The notes under the pieces were generated by a model. That model searched no databases. It was given only the letters and a program-made list of their open reading frames with translations, and was not told the origin of the DNA. A DNA stretch of 64,000 bases, taken from NCBI GenBank assembly GCA_964563355.1, contig CAZLVU010000005.1, forward strand, positions 14,032-78,031, given 5' to 3'. Position numbers and translations under genes: made by a program. Of this stretch, positions 28,499 to 38,017 are shown piece by piece. The stretch's first letter is position 1, and the number at the start of each line of letters is the position of its first letter. This DNA is from an uncultured Candidatus Poseidoniales archaeon (GTDB taxonomy: Archaea; Thermoplasmatota; Poseidoniia; Poseidoniales; Thalassarchaeaceae).

Positions 28499-29275
28499 GT
28501 GTCCACTGCTCGGAACCCTATGGGAGAGAGGTTCACTGACACCCTGCCTTCTTTCAATGACAGGGTTTGCATAGTACTTGTACATCCTGAACATGATGGA
28601 AATATTGGAGCAGTAGCACGTTCTATGCTAAATTTTGGGATTACAGATCTTAGGGTAATAAGAAAGAATGGCAATTTTTCTGATGAGACTAGAAATAGGG
28701 CTAAAAACGCACAATCGGTACTAGAGAGTGCCCGAGTAATTGACACTCTCGAACAAGCAGTTGCCGACTGCTCAATTATTGTAGGGACTTCTGGTAAGAG
28801 GGAATTTGGAAACAAAACGGCTATGCGCCATTTCCTTACTCCGGAAGAGCTGCCAGAACGACTCTTTGGGGTAACTGGAAGAGTAGCTATGGTGTTCGGA
28901 CCAGAGGGTAAGGGTCTACTCAATAATGAGTTGAGGCTCTGCGACTTGCTTGTCACCATACCAACTTGGGAGGGATACCCCATTCTGAATCTTAGTCATG
29001 CTGTTGCAATAGTATGTTTTTCCTGGTTTGTTGGGAATGCAGAATCGCGCCCCCACGGAGCCGGCGAAAGATTACTAGATCCAAATCTCAGACAGACACT
29101 GAGGAACGAGGCGTCCAGACTAGTAGCTGCAATGCCAACCAAGGAACACAAGAGGAAAGGAGTAGAGGATACGCTTGTCAGAGTGATAATGAGGGGTCTG
29201 CCTAAAGATGATGAAATCCACAGACTTCTGGCAATAATTTCTGAATCAGCTGATGCCTTTGAAGAAAGGAAATGA
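28499..29275 (+). CDS. trmJ: SpoU/TrmJ-class RNA 2'-O-methyltransferase
   Basis: CIVLVHPEHDGNIGAVARSMLNFGI, MVFGPEGKGL and LNLSHAVAIV match the SPOUT motifs. Confidence 0.75.
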   Translation: MSTARNPMGERFTDTLPSFNDRVCIVLVHPEHDGNIGAVARSMLNFGITDLRVIRKNGNFSDETRNRAKNAQSVLESARVIDTLEQAVADCSIIVGTSGKREFGNKTAMRHFLTPEELPERLFGVTGRVAMVFGPEGKGLLNNELRLCDLLVTIPTWEGYPILNLSHAVAIVCFSWFVGNAESRPHGAGERLLDPNLRQTLRNEASRLVAAMPTKEHKRKGVEDTLVRVIMRGLPKDDEIHRLLAIISESADAFEERK

Positions 29276-29279
29276 ATGA

Positions 29280-29639
29280 TCAGATCCATTCATCGTTGGG
29301 GGCAGTCATTTTACTGGAGGTTCCACCAGTGTTCACGACCCCACGAGGTTCTACTAGCATAACATTACACAATGATTCGGAGCTAGGTTTGTGATTCACT
29401 CCTTTGGGTACGACATACATATCGCCCTCCGTGAGCTCCACTGTATCATCTTCAAACTCGATACGCATGTTACCATCAATCACAATGAATACTTCATCAG
29501 TGTCTTCGTGATTATGCCATACGAATTCGCCATCAATTTTTACTAGTTTGAACTGGTAGTCGTTCATCTCAGCGATAATTTTTGGAGACCACAGGTCAGA
29601 GAATTTCGACAGTTTTTCCTTGATGTTAACTTTATTCAT
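29280..29639 (-). CDS. Cupin-domain protein
   Basis: [16 protein letters not shown]....[14 protein letters not shown] gives the two cupin motifs. The ATG at 29639 overlaps the subtilase stop by 8 nt; the longer track ORF is rejected. Confidence 0.7.
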   Translation of the reverse strand: MNKVNIKEKLSKFSDLWSPKIIAEMNDYQFKLVKIDGEFVWHNHEDTDEVFIVIDGNMRIEFEDDTVELTEGDMYVVPKGVNHKPSSESLCNVMLVEPRGVVNTGGTSSKMTAPNDEWI

Positions 29640-31614
29640 TTTGCTCCTCCAAATCCGAGATTTCACCTTCTCGGTCAGGTACAGGATGAGTATCAGAATC
29701 CTCTGTTTCCAATTCCCAATCATCATCCAAATATTCATCCCTAATTCTTAACAATGCGAAGGTCAGAAGTAAAAATAACAATACCACAAGAGTGGTCAAT
29801 ACGGTCACCATAAGATTCAGAAATGATTCAGAGCCGTCATCTTCAGGTAGTGGCTCTGGATCAGTAATGAACAAATGAATTACTAGATTTGTGGAAGCAT
29901 TATCACCTAGAATTGCCCGAGCCATCAGGGTTTGATTCCCCTCAATCTGATTGCCTGGTAGGTACTTCAAACGGTTAACTATCATTGAATGACTGATTTC
30001 TAGAGACTGATCGCCCGGGATAAAATCTACATGGTTCATCCAGTTGTCCCTCATATCCCAAGTCCTCCATTGGATTTCTACAGGACTTCCGGTAACTTCC
30101 ACTGCAATCGACTCACCGGATGAGATATGGATTCGGCTATCTTTGGAAACTTCTGAAAGGGTTGAAAGGTTTAGATCTAAAGAAAGTGAGTAGACATAGT
30201 TTGCTGCTTCCATTAGAGCGGGGTGTCCTTCGACATGACCATGGCCATAGACATTATTCTGCCTGTTTTTAGGTATCAAATCCTCAGGGCAGGGCTCGTT
30301 GTCTAGCATGTAGTGGCATTGTCGATAGGTGGCTGTTTCCTGCATAATATTCCTGATGTCAAAGGGTGAGAGATCTGGATTTGCCTGATACATTAGAGCT
30401 GCAAGACCCGCTGCTCCTGGAGTAGCCATACTGGTTCCTGACTTGTCGGTGTATCCATCCCCGGTGTTGAAATCGGGGGCCATGACGTTTGAACCCACAA
30501 AGGCGATGTTGGGCTTTATCCTCCCTTCCTCAGTAGGCCCTTGGCTAGAATATATTGCGATCGATGTGTCCTTGTCCAGCGCTCCTACAGTGATAACGTC
30601 CTCCGCAGATCCGGGAGTTCCTATCTGTCCACTAACACCACTATTTCCTGCAGCTATGAAAAGAGCTATTCCCGATCTAACCATTTCATTTGCCATTCTA
30701 TTTACCGATTCTTCCTCTGATTGCGTCCACTCGATTAGCCCAAATCCTCCAAGGCTCATACTAGCAGCTCTGATGTTGAAGTCGTGCCTTTTATCCACTG
30801 TCCACTCCATTCCGGCCATAACAGTAGCAAAGGACCCCGAGCCACCCTCATCAAGAACTTTGACGCCAACAAGCTGAGCCTTAGGAGCGACGCCGACGTA
30901 ATCAAAATTCGGAGCCCCGGTTCCAGCTGTAATTCCGGCACAGTGAGTACCATGCCCCTGATCATCATAGGCTTGAATCTCGGTTCCATTTGTCAGTTCA
31001 GGACTATTGACGGCATCATAGAATGCGATAACTTTGGAGTCGTTGGTAGAATTATCATCGTCTAGGTCGTCAAGCCCCATATGCTTTGAATCGATGCCAG
31101 TATCAATGATTGACACGACGCTGCCTTCTCCCGTGTATCCCGTATCCTCCCAAATCAACGGAATCCCATGGACATCGTTTACATCATTCATCTGAATTGT
31201 CAAAATTCCGTCAAGTTCAACGAAAACCACGCCCTGGAGGCTTGTAAGTTTAGCAATGTTATGAATGGGGACCCTTCCAGCGATACTATCAATCAAATGA
31301 TATCGAAATTGTGTCTGGAAGCCGGTTTGGTCCTCCAACATTTCTTGATCTTCAGCAGTTGGAAGATGGTCAAAATCTACTATTACGCTAATGGTTTGAT
31401 CTTCTCCAACCCAATCGTATAATTCACTCTCAACAGCAATCCAAATAGCGTCGTGAATCTTGTCACCATCTAAATCCATAGAAGTTGATTCCCACCACGG
31501 GCTGTTGTCATAGTGCTGAAATTCAGTAGTTGGAGAGTCTGAAACTGAAATCGCAGATGATGAAAATGGAAGAATGATGAACATCGCAAGAACTGATGCG
31601 AGTGGGGGTCTCAC
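29632..31614 (-). CDS. Secreted, membrane-anchored subtilisin-like serine protease (S8)
   Basis: Signal peptide, catalytic triad motifs [15 protein letters not shown] and [11 protein letters not shown], a C-terminal TM ([17 protein letters not shown]) and an acidic tail. Confidence 0.9.
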   Translation of the reverse strand: MRPPLASVLAMFIILPFSSSAISVSDSPTTEFQHYDNSPWWESTSMDLDGDKIHDAIWIAVESELYDWVGEDQTISVIVDFDHLPTAEDQEMLEDQTGFQTQFRYHLIDSIAGRVPIHNIAKLTSLQGVVFVELDGILTIQMNDVNDVHGIPLIWEDTGYTGEGSVVSIIDTGIDSKHMGLDDLDDDNSTNDSKVIAFYDAVNSPELTNGTEIQAYDDQGHGTHCAGITAGTGAPNFDYVGVAPKAQLVGVKVLDEGGSGSFATVMAGMEWTVDKRHDFNIRAASMSLGGFGLIEWTQSEEESVNRMANEMVRSGIALFIAAGNSGVSGQIGTPGSAEDVITVGALDKDTSIAIYSSQGPTEEGRIKPNIAFVGSNVMAPDFNTGDGYTDKSGTSMATPGAAGLAALMYQANPDLSPFDIRNIMQETATYRQCHYMLDNEPCPEDLIPKNRQNNVYGHGHVEGHPALMEAANYVYSLSLDLNLSTLSEVSKDSRIHISSGESIAVEVTGSPVEIQWRTWDMRDNWMNHVDFIPGDQSLEISHSMIVNRLKYLPGNQIEGNQTLMARAILGDNASTNLVIHLFITDPEPLPEDDGSESFLNLMVTVLTTLVVLLFLLLTFALLRIRDEYLDDDWELETEDSDTHPVPDREGEISDLEEQNE

Positions 31615-31698
31615 AGATGTTTCAATATGCTGTTAGACTTGAATCAGACGGTCACATCTGAGCATAATGCTCACTAATAGTAGAGTTTGCCCATAGTA

Positions 31699-32160
31699 TC
31701 AGTTGCCCAAAGGAGTCCAACTTGCCCATGATTTAGGAGTCTCTCTGACATGAAAGGATCGGAGTCTGAGAGTGTTCCCGTAAACAGATGAAATGTGGGG
31801 TTCTATTTGGTTGAAACCCCACTTGGCGAGATTTTCAGCCGTTGGAATAAATGGAACGACTAGTGTTTTGTGATCACTGCCCATGACTGAAAGTGCCTCT
31901 AGGGCTTCTAAATCGGACTCATAAACTATGAAGGCGTGATCCACCAAATCGTGGATATGTTCAATCAATATTCTAGATACGTCTCCGAAATCCATCAGCA
32001 TCCCCTCATCTGAAGAATCTGCTAGGGTAACGACCTCGCCCTCAAGTTCGGCCTCCCACCTGTATCTGTGGCCGTGCATGTTTCGACATTTACTCCGGTG
32101 ATTAGGAACTCTATGCCCTGTGTCAGTCTCAACCCATCTACGAATCCTGGTAACCATCAT
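31699..32160 (-). CDS. queD: 6-carboxy-5,6,7,8-tetrahydropterin synthase
   Basis: GHRVPNHRSKCRNMHGHRYRWE (Cys plus HGH Zn motif), and its position in the que cluster. Confidence 0.85.
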   Translation of the reverse strand: MMVTRIRRWVETDTGHRVPNHRSKCRNMHGHRYRWEAELEGEVVTLADSSDEGMLMDFGDVSRILIEHIHDLVDHAFIVYESDLEALEALSVMGSDHKTLVVPFIPTAENLAKWGFNQIEPHISSVYGNTLRLRSFHVRETPKSWASWTPLGN

Positions 32161-32572
32161 CCACCTCCCGCACGAAATCCATGCTAGCTGAATTTATGCA
32201 GTATCTTTCCCCACCGAACTCACTCGGCCCATCTTCGAAAACATGTCCAAGGTGACCATCACATGACCCGCATCTTACTTCTACTCTCAGCATCCCATGC
32301 GATTTATCATCCAGTCTCCTTATACTTGCTTCAGGATGCTCTGTGTGGAATGCAGGCCAGCCACAACCAGAATTGTACTTCTGTTTAGATGAGAATAATA
32401 AGTGACCACAACAGATACAATGGTAAATTCCAACCCTGTCCTCTAGATTATAGGCACCAGTGTTCGGTCGTTCTGTACCCGCCTCCCTAGTAACATGATA
32501 CTGAATTTCAGTGAGCCGGGCACGCCACTCAGGATCCTTCACGGGATCGAATCTTGGATATCTATCAGTCAT
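32138..32572 (-). CDS. msrB: Peptide-methionine (R)-S-oxide reductase
   Basis: GIYHCICCGHLLFSS..KYNSGCGWPAF and RVEVRCGSCDGHLGHVFEDGP. Confidence 0.9.
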   Translation of the reverse strand: MTDRYPRFDPVKDPEWRARLTEIQYHVTREAGTERPNTGAYNLEDRVGIYHCICCGHLLFSSKQKYNSGCGWPAFHTEHPEASIRRLDDKSHGMLRVEVRCGSCDGHLGHVFEDGPSEFGGERYCINSASMDFVREVDDGYQDS

Positions 32573-33348
32573 GCAGATGCCTCATGAAATTTAGCTACAT
32601 TCAGAGCGTTATTGAGAACTACATCCCAGCTATCTACGTATTCCAGAGGATCGATCTTACCTAATTCGTAGAAAGCCAGGATCCTCTCTACATCTGCACC
32701 TGATCGTCCAGAGCTACGACCCTGGGAATCGGGGTTGTATGAGGTGTTGGTATTTCTCAATACAGTGTCAAAATCTAGACCCAATGACTCAACGGATTCT
32801 ATTGCGCCGAGCAAAATTGATTTTTTGTTCCCATCAATATAGGGTAGGTGAAATGATACCCTATCACTATCCCAATTACCTATGGAGAATGCATGGCCCA
32901 ATGACTTGTAGAAATCAGGCCTACAATCTGGATAGATCTCGTGATCGCCACTGTGCACGCCAAGAGCGATGATCACATCAGTATCTTCAGTCGTTGATGT
33001 TGATAGAGCGTGACCAAACACGATTGATGAGAAGATGGCGTTACGATTTGGTACAACTGTTTGACGCATCTGCTCAGACTCATAATGGCCCTCGGGAACA
33101 TTCTGTTCAGTATCGGTTAATGAGGACTTTAATGTCTTGAAGGCGGATGATATGTCTATGACAATATGCTCAACATCTATGCCATTTTGACCCAGATACG
33201 CTATGTTCATTCTAGCTCTTTCAATCTCCACGTGATGTTTTTGTCCGTAGTCGAAAGTTAGGCATGTGACCTTGTAACCCTCATCTAGAAGTTTCAGCAA
33301 TAGAGCAGTGCTGTCCATACCCCCAGAAAGAGACATCACAGCCCTCAT
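32569..33348 (-). CDS. queC: 7-cyano-7-deazaguanine synthase-like protein (PP-loop ATPase); the Zn-site cysteines are absent
   Basis: MRAVMSLSGGMDSTALL (SGGxDS PP-loop), TFDYGQKH and YPDCRPDF. The ATG at 33348 forms a TGATG overlap with the queE stop; the track start is 33366. Confidence 0.8.
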   Translation of the reverse strand: MRAVMSLSGGMDSTALLLKLLDEGYKVTCLTFDYGQKHHVEIERARMNIAYLGQNGIDVEHIVIDISSAFKTLKSSLTDTEQNVPEGHYESEQMRQTVVPNRNAIFSSIVFGHALSTSTTEDTDVIIALGVHSGDHEIYPDCRPDFYKSLGHAFSIGNWDSDRVSFHLPYIDGNKKSILLGAIESVESLGLDFDTVLRNTNTSYNPDSQGRSSGRSGADVERILAFYELGKIDPLEYVDSWDVVLNNALNVAKFHEASA

Positions 33349-34031
33349 CATAACACACCAATCCATTTATGGGTCTGTAGGGAAAGTCGCCAGTCGGGAT
33401 TTGACTTGACCAGTTCGTAAGTATCACGGAAATTTTCACCATTCCAAGCTAAATCTTCGGTTTCGATATAACAAGGCTGGACATAGTGGTATCTGAAACC
33501 CTTTTTGTAATCGTCATACATGGATAGATCTTGACCCACCCAAACAACCTTTAGTTCATCACCAACGAGTTGACGCAACTTAACATTTGGATAAATTTGA
33601 TCCTTTGGAGAAACGCAAATCCAATCTAATGCGTCAGCGGGGAGTTCGATGGTCCCATTTGTCTCTATAGCCAACTCGTACCCCAATGGTCGTAATACAC
33701 TGCCTAGAGTAGCGATATCCTGCAGTGCAGGTTCTCCACCAGTAAGAATCACCCTTTTACATTCCCATGATTCCATCTCACTGATAATTTCTCGAAGATT
33801 CATGTCCGTCCACTTATCGAACTCTGTGTCACACCAGGAACAGGATAGATTGCAGCCACCAAACCTAATGAAGATTGAAGGGGCACCTACGAAATGGCCC
33901 TCGCCCTGGATTGAATGGAACATTTCTACAATAGGAAAGACTTGATCCAAGGGGTCGCCATCATAAAGCTGGGCATCAAATTGAGGAAGGGGGTCTGCCA
34001 AAATATCACTTCGCGGGTGTGTTGTGTCCAA
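33348..34031 (-). CDS. queE: 7-carboxy-7-deazaguanine synthase (radical SAM)
   Basis: EMFHSIQGEGHFVG, FIRFGGCNLSCSWCDT and ILTGGEPALQ. Confidence 0.85.
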   Translation of the reverse strand: MDTTHPRSDILADPLPQFDAQLYDGDPLDQVFPIVEMFHSIQGEGHFVGAPSIFIRFGGCNLSCSWCDTEFDKWTDMNLREIISEMESWECKRVILTGGEPALQDIATLGSVLRPLGYELAIETNGTIELPADALDWICVSPKDQIYPNVKLRQLVGDELKVVWVGQDLSMYDDYKKGFRYHYVQPCYIETEDLAWNGENFRDTYELVKSNPDWRLSLQTHKWIGVL

Positions 34032-34587
34032 TCAGCTGAAATAATTCTAATCGAGCTGTAGGCTCGCTGAAGAATGCCCCCCTCAGCGCGCTTGTCGTCA
34101 TAACCGCATTCTGTTTCTTCACGCCTCTGCATTTCATGCATCCGTGCTGGGCCTCGATAATTACGGCACAACCAAGTGGGTTGAGATGCTCCTCGATATC
34201 ATTTGCCACGGACATAGTAATCCTTTCTTGGTTCTGTAACCTCTTCGAATGCATATCTAGAAGCCTTGATAGTTTGCTAATACCTAAGATTCGATCCACA
34301 GGTATGTAGGCTATGTGCGCATTGCCAGAAAACGGTTGTAGGTGGTGTTCACAGGTGCTATGGAAATCGATATCCCTGAGTAAAACTATTCCATCATAAC
34401 CCTCGGCGTTAAAAGTCGACTCCAATATGGAAGCAGCGTTTTGTCGATATCCCGAGAATATCTCATCATATGACTCTATCACCCTCTCAGGAGTCCTGTG
34501 CAAACCCTCACGAAGATCTCCATTGGCATCTTCTATGTACCTGACAATGGTTTCCACGGCAGATACCGCATCTTTCCTGCTTACCAT
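34006..34587 (-). CDS. folE: GTP cyclohydrolase I (FolE type)
   Basis: FHSTCEHHLQPF, SKLSRLLDMHSKRLQNQERIT and HGCMKCRGV. Confidence 0.9.
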   Translation of the reverse strand: MVSRKDAVSAVETIVRYIEDANGDLREGLHRTPERVIESYDEIFSGYRQNAASILESTFNAEGYDGIVLLRDIDFHSTCEHHLQPFSGNAHIAYIPVDRILGISKLSRLLDMHSKRLQNQERITMSVANDIEEHLNPLGCAVIIEAQHGCMKCRGVKKQNAVMTTSALRGAFFSEPTARLELFQLIGHNTPAK

Positions 34588-34595
34588 ACCTATCC

Positions 34596-34757
34596 CTACC
34601 TGCCATGCCTAGAGTCGATCTCATCCAATTGATCGAGCATCTTTCTACATGCGGTCCTTATGGCATCGGCCACACTAACGAACTTCTTGGCATCGCCCAC
34701 GTGTACCTTCAAATCATCAAGAATCTCATTTGGCATATCCAGGCTTACCTTGGGCAT
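34596..34757 (-). CDS. Small ribbon-helix-helix (CopG/Arc-like) protein
   Basis: 53-aa ORF not in the track: MPKVSLDMPNEILDDLKVHVGDAKKFVSVADAIRTACRKMLDQLDEIDSRHGR. It has a beta-strand-then-two-helices pattern and ends 8 nt before the folE start. Confidence 0.55.
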   Translation of the reverse strand: MPKVSLDMPNEILDDLKVHVGDAKKFVSVADAIRTACRKMLDQLDEIDSRHGR

Positions 34758-34785
34758 AGATCATTCCGATAACGAAGGCGATATA

Positions 34786-34814
34786 ATATTACCTGAGTAA
34801 TACTCAAGTAATAT
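34786..34814. promoter_or_regulatory. 29-bp near-perfect palindrome (candidate operator) in the promoter of the RHH-folE-que operon
   Basis: ATATTACCTGAGTA-A-TACTCAAGTAATAT is centred at 34800, with 13 of 14 arm positions complementary. It lies 29-57 nt upstream of the RHH ATG in an AT-rich (TATA-like) context. Confidence 0.5.
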
Positions 34815-34831
34815 ATTGGTGATTGGTGGCT

Positions 34832-35131
34832 TTATCTTCGACTCTCAATTTTACTATCTAAGTCAGGATATGTATCATTTAGTGACTTGGCCCTGTCCTT
34901 TAGCCTTAGCAGCTGTGAATTCGCCTCCTCATCAGTGATTCCTTGTGATAGCATGTTTAGAATTACTGACAATCCACCGTGGATTGCACCCGCCTCGAGG
35001 AACGCATCATTGCTGATCTTATTGGTCGCCCTGAGAATTTCTAATGTATCCATGAGATATGTAATCTCTTCCTGGATTTCAGAAATACTGTTGCTGCCGA
35101 TTTTGTCGAAACGTTCCAATGAACTGTTCAT
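34832..35131 (-). CDS. Hypothetical small helical protein
   Basis: 99-aa ORF, co-directional with its neighbours. No motif recognised. Confidence 0.45.
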   Translation of the reverse strand: MNSSLERFDKIGSNSISEIQEEITYLMDTLEILRATNKISNDAFLEAGAIHGGLSVILNMLSQGITDEEANSQLLRLKDRAKSLNDTYPDLDSKIESRR

Positions 35132-35168
35132 AGTTTGTCGAATCGAGGTTCCTTTTTGATGATTATCA

Positions 35169-35573
35169 CTATGAATCTTGAATCAGTTCTATGAGTACGC
35201 CCCCACAGGATGAGGGGTGTAGAAATGCTATCATGTGGCCATCTGCCCCCAATACAGGCTCATCGTTGATTAACCGAACACCCATTGCTTTTAGCTCGTT
35301 GATTTTTCCCTGTAGGTCAGAAACATTGAGTGCTATCTGCTGAACTCCGGGACCTCTTCGATTTATGAATCGGCCCACCGGCGTGTGTTCGCCAAGTGGT
35401 TCCAATAACTCAATTCTTGTCCGTTCCGCCCCTTCGAGATACCTAATCTTAACACCCTGATCTTGAGAAACAGCATCACCGCTCGCAACGAATCCCAATG
35501 CATTCCAAATTTGTTCTGCCTGATCCAGTGAGGTAGTTGCAATTCCAATGTGATTTACTGATCCATCGGCCAT
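35169..35573 (-). CDS. mce: Methylmalonyl-CoA epimerase (VOC/glyoxalase fold)
   Basis: INHIGIATTSLDQAEQIW..LGF, IELLEPLGE and GVLIELIQ. Abuts the mutase gene with no gap. Confidence 0.8.
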   Translation of the reverse strand: MADGSVNHIGIATTSLDQAEQIWNALGFVASGDAVSQDQGVKIRYLEGAERTRIELLEPLGEHTPVGRFINRRGPGVQQIALNVSDLQGKINELKAMGVRLINDEPVLGADGHMIAFLHPSSCGGVLIELIQDS

Positions 35574-37145
35574 TCAAACACCACTTGGAGCAGTCCAGGT
35601 ACCAAATTCGTCTCTCATTACGTCACATATCTCTCCAATGGTAGCTTCAGATTTCACTGCTTCAATTAGAGGATCCATAACATTCACATCACCCTCACAT
35701 GCTATACGAAGTTTGGAAAGTGCCTGCATAACTATCACTTCATCACGATTACTTCTCATTGCAGTCAATGCAGAAATCTTGTTTAGTTCATCGTTGGGGT
35801 CTATGACGAGCCCCTCAAATGCAGGTGTAGAACCATCTGAATGTGAGTTAACGCCGACTACTAGCTCCTCCCCGCTCTCAACTCGTTGCAGTTGTTTCCA
35901 CGCGCTTTCGTGGATCATACTCTGCTGGAATCCCAATTTTACGCAGTCCATGGCCCCCCCCAATCTGCCTATCTCATTGATAATGTCATTCGCTTCACTG
36001 ATTAGCAGATCAGTACGATTCTCTATCGCCCTAGATCCACCAAGGGGATCAACGTGGTTTACAACACCAGTTTCCTCAGCGATTATTTGCTGGGTCCTTA
36101 GGGCAATAGATACGGATTCTTCGGTCGGAAGGCCAAGGGCCTCGTCGAAGCTATTTGTGTGTAGAGATTGCGTACCACCGAAAATCGAAGCAAGGGCTTG
36201 AAATGCTACTCTGATGGCATTATTCATTGGTTGCTGTGCAGTGAGTGTGACACCTGATGTCTGGGTGTGAAAACGCAATTGCGACGAACGGGGGTTTTTC
36301 GGATGGAATTCTGAATTTACTAATTCAAACCAGAGTTGCCTTGCCGCCCTGAATTTGGATACCTCCTCAATGAAATCATTGTGGCACGCAAAGAAGAATG
36401 ACATCCGAGGTGCGACGTCATCAATTTCTAATCCGCTTTTAATTGCCTGTCTGGCATAATAGAGGGCGTTAGAAAGTGTTAGAGCTATTTCTTGGCTTGC
36501 GGTACATCCTGCTTCCCTCATGTGATATCCACTTACTGATATCGTGTTCCATTTGGGGGTGTTGGAGTTGCACCACTTCATTACATCAGTAGTCAGTCGG
36601 ATTGAGTTTTCTGGAGGGAAAATGTAGAGCCCCCTGGACATATATTCCTTGAGGATGTCATTCTGCAAAGTTCCCGATAACTTGTCTCTGGGGATTCCCC
36701 TCTCATCTGCAACGGCTACGTACAATGCGAGAAGAGCGGATGCGGGGGCATTTATGGTCATGGATGTTGAAACCTCCCCGAGATCTATGCGGTCGAATAA
36801 CACCCGCATATCATGTATTGAATCTATGGCAACACCTACCTTGCCGACTTCTCCTGAAGCAAGCTCGTCATCGGAGTCGAGACCTAATTGGGTCGGTAGA
36901 TCGAATGCGACCGAAATGCCGGTTTGGCCATCAGAAAGGAGTGAGCGGAACCTTTGATTGGTTTTCTCCGGTGTCGAGTACCCTGCATACTGTCTCATTG
37001 TCCATAGTTTGCTAGAATACATATCGTCATGTATTCCACGCCTATAGGGCGGTTTTCCAGCATCGCCTAAGACAAATGTCTTGTCTACTTCACTGACGCT
37101 GTCATCTTCCACAGTATCCCGAGTAAGTGAAAAGACAAGAACCAT
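35574..37145 (-). CDS. mcmA: Methylmalonyl-CoA mutase, catalytic (large) subunit without the B12-binding domain
   Basis: KLWTMRQYAGYSTPEKTNQRFRSLLSDGQTGISVAFDLPTQLG, ISVSGYHMREAG and FFFACHNDFIEEVSKFRAAR. Confidence 0.9.
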   Translation of the reverse strand: MVLVFSLTRDTVEDDSVSEVDKTFVLGDAGKPPYRRGIHDDMYSSKLWTMRQYAGYSTPEKTNQRFRSLLSDGQTGISVAFDLPTQLGLDSDDELASGEVGKVGVAIDSIHDMRVLFDRIDLGEVSTSMTINAPASALLALYVAVADERGIPRDKLSGTLQNDILKEYMSRGLYIFPPENSIRLTTDVMKWCNSNTPKWNTISVSGYHMREAGCTASQEIALTLSNALYYARQAIKSGLEIDDVAPRMSFFFACHNDFIEEVSKFRAARQLWFELVNSEFHPKNPRSSQLRFHTQTSGVTLTAQQPMNNAIRVAFQALASIFGGTQSLHTNSFDEALGLPTEESVSIALRTQQIIAEETGVVNHVDPLGGSRAIENRTDLLISEANDIINEIGRLGGAMDCVKLGFQQSMIHESAWKQLQRVESGEELVVGVNSHSDGSTPAFEGLVIDPNDELNKISALTAMRSNRDEVIVMQALSKLRIACEGDVNVMDPLIEAVKSEATIGEICDVMRDEFGTWTAPSGV

Positions 37146-37154
37146 TCTCAGAGA

Positions 37155-37958
37155 CTACCGTCTAATGGTGTAGTTGTCTACTATTTTTTCCAGAACCTGC
37201 TGCTGTTCTTGATCAATGATGCCTTCACTAACCTTCTCTACAATGAATTCCTTAGCCTCATTGACAGTTTGCCTCTCCCCCCTGGCCCAAATAGTTGCTA
37301 ACAGGAGCGATCGGAACTCTTCGGCAATTCCCAATTTTACAAGTAACCCCCGCATTTCATACTTATACTCCATATGTCTACTTCTGTCTAGTCGCTTTGC
37401 CCTCGTTGCTGGTTGGTAGGTAGACTTGTTGCTTCGGAACTTCCGTTGGCGTTTTTTCACAATCTCTTTTTTGGGTTGGGCTGGAGTCTGAGATTCTGGA
37501 ATAGTTCTAGTTTCTTCCACAACGGTTGGCTTCAGCATTGCCCTCTCAAAGCTGCTTTCAATCAACTCTCTTGCTTTTTCGCTTGTTCCCTTCGTGGGCT
37601 CTTCCACAATTTCTGGCTCAGCTTTGATTTCTTCTCTATTCAACCCGATCAGCTTTCTTGGAGAAGCTCCCAATAACTGCTGTTCCACAATAGTCTCATC
37701 TGAGCCAACCCCTGATTCGGAGTCCTCACGAATTTCGGGTTCATTGAGTGGTACTTCGGGCGAGAGAGCCGGGGGTTCTGGTTCAGGAGCAGGTGAGGTA
37801 GGGGGTTTTGCACCTGGAAGTGAGGGAGGTACTGCCTTTGGCTTTGGGATAGTGGGCGCCGACTGTTTTCTGGGAGCGGGTTTTTTCTTTTGACCGGGCT
37901 GTGAACTAGTACCGAAGACATTCTTCGGTACAGCCTTTCGTCTCCTCCTTCTCTGCAC
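37155..37958 (-). CDS. Hypothetical protein: Arg/Lys/Pro-rich disordered N-terminus plus a helical C-terminal domain of about 90 aa
   Basis: MQRRRRRK...PKPKAVPPSLPGAKPPTSPAPEPEPP low complexity, then YKYEMRGLLVKLGIAEEFRSLLLATIWARGERQT. Ends 9 nt upstream of the mutase start. Confidence 0.5.
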   Translation of the reverse strand: MQRRRRRKAVPKNVFGTSSQPGQKKKPAPRKQSAPTIPKPKAVPPSLPGAKPPTSPAPEPEPPALSPEVPLNEPEIREDSESGVGSDETIVEQQLLGASPRKLIGLNREEIKAEPEIVEEPTKGTSEKARELIESSFERAMLKPTVVEETRTIPESQTPAQPKKEIVKKRQRKFRSNKSTYQPATRAKRLDRSRHMEYKYEMRGLLVKLGIAEEFRSLLLATIWARGERQTVNEAKEFIVEKVSEGIIDQEQQQVLEKIVDNYTIRR

Positions 37959-38017
37959 TTTCTAATCAGTCCTAAGGGATACGGTCGGATGGACTCTCAT
38001 AAGCATTCTCGATTTTA

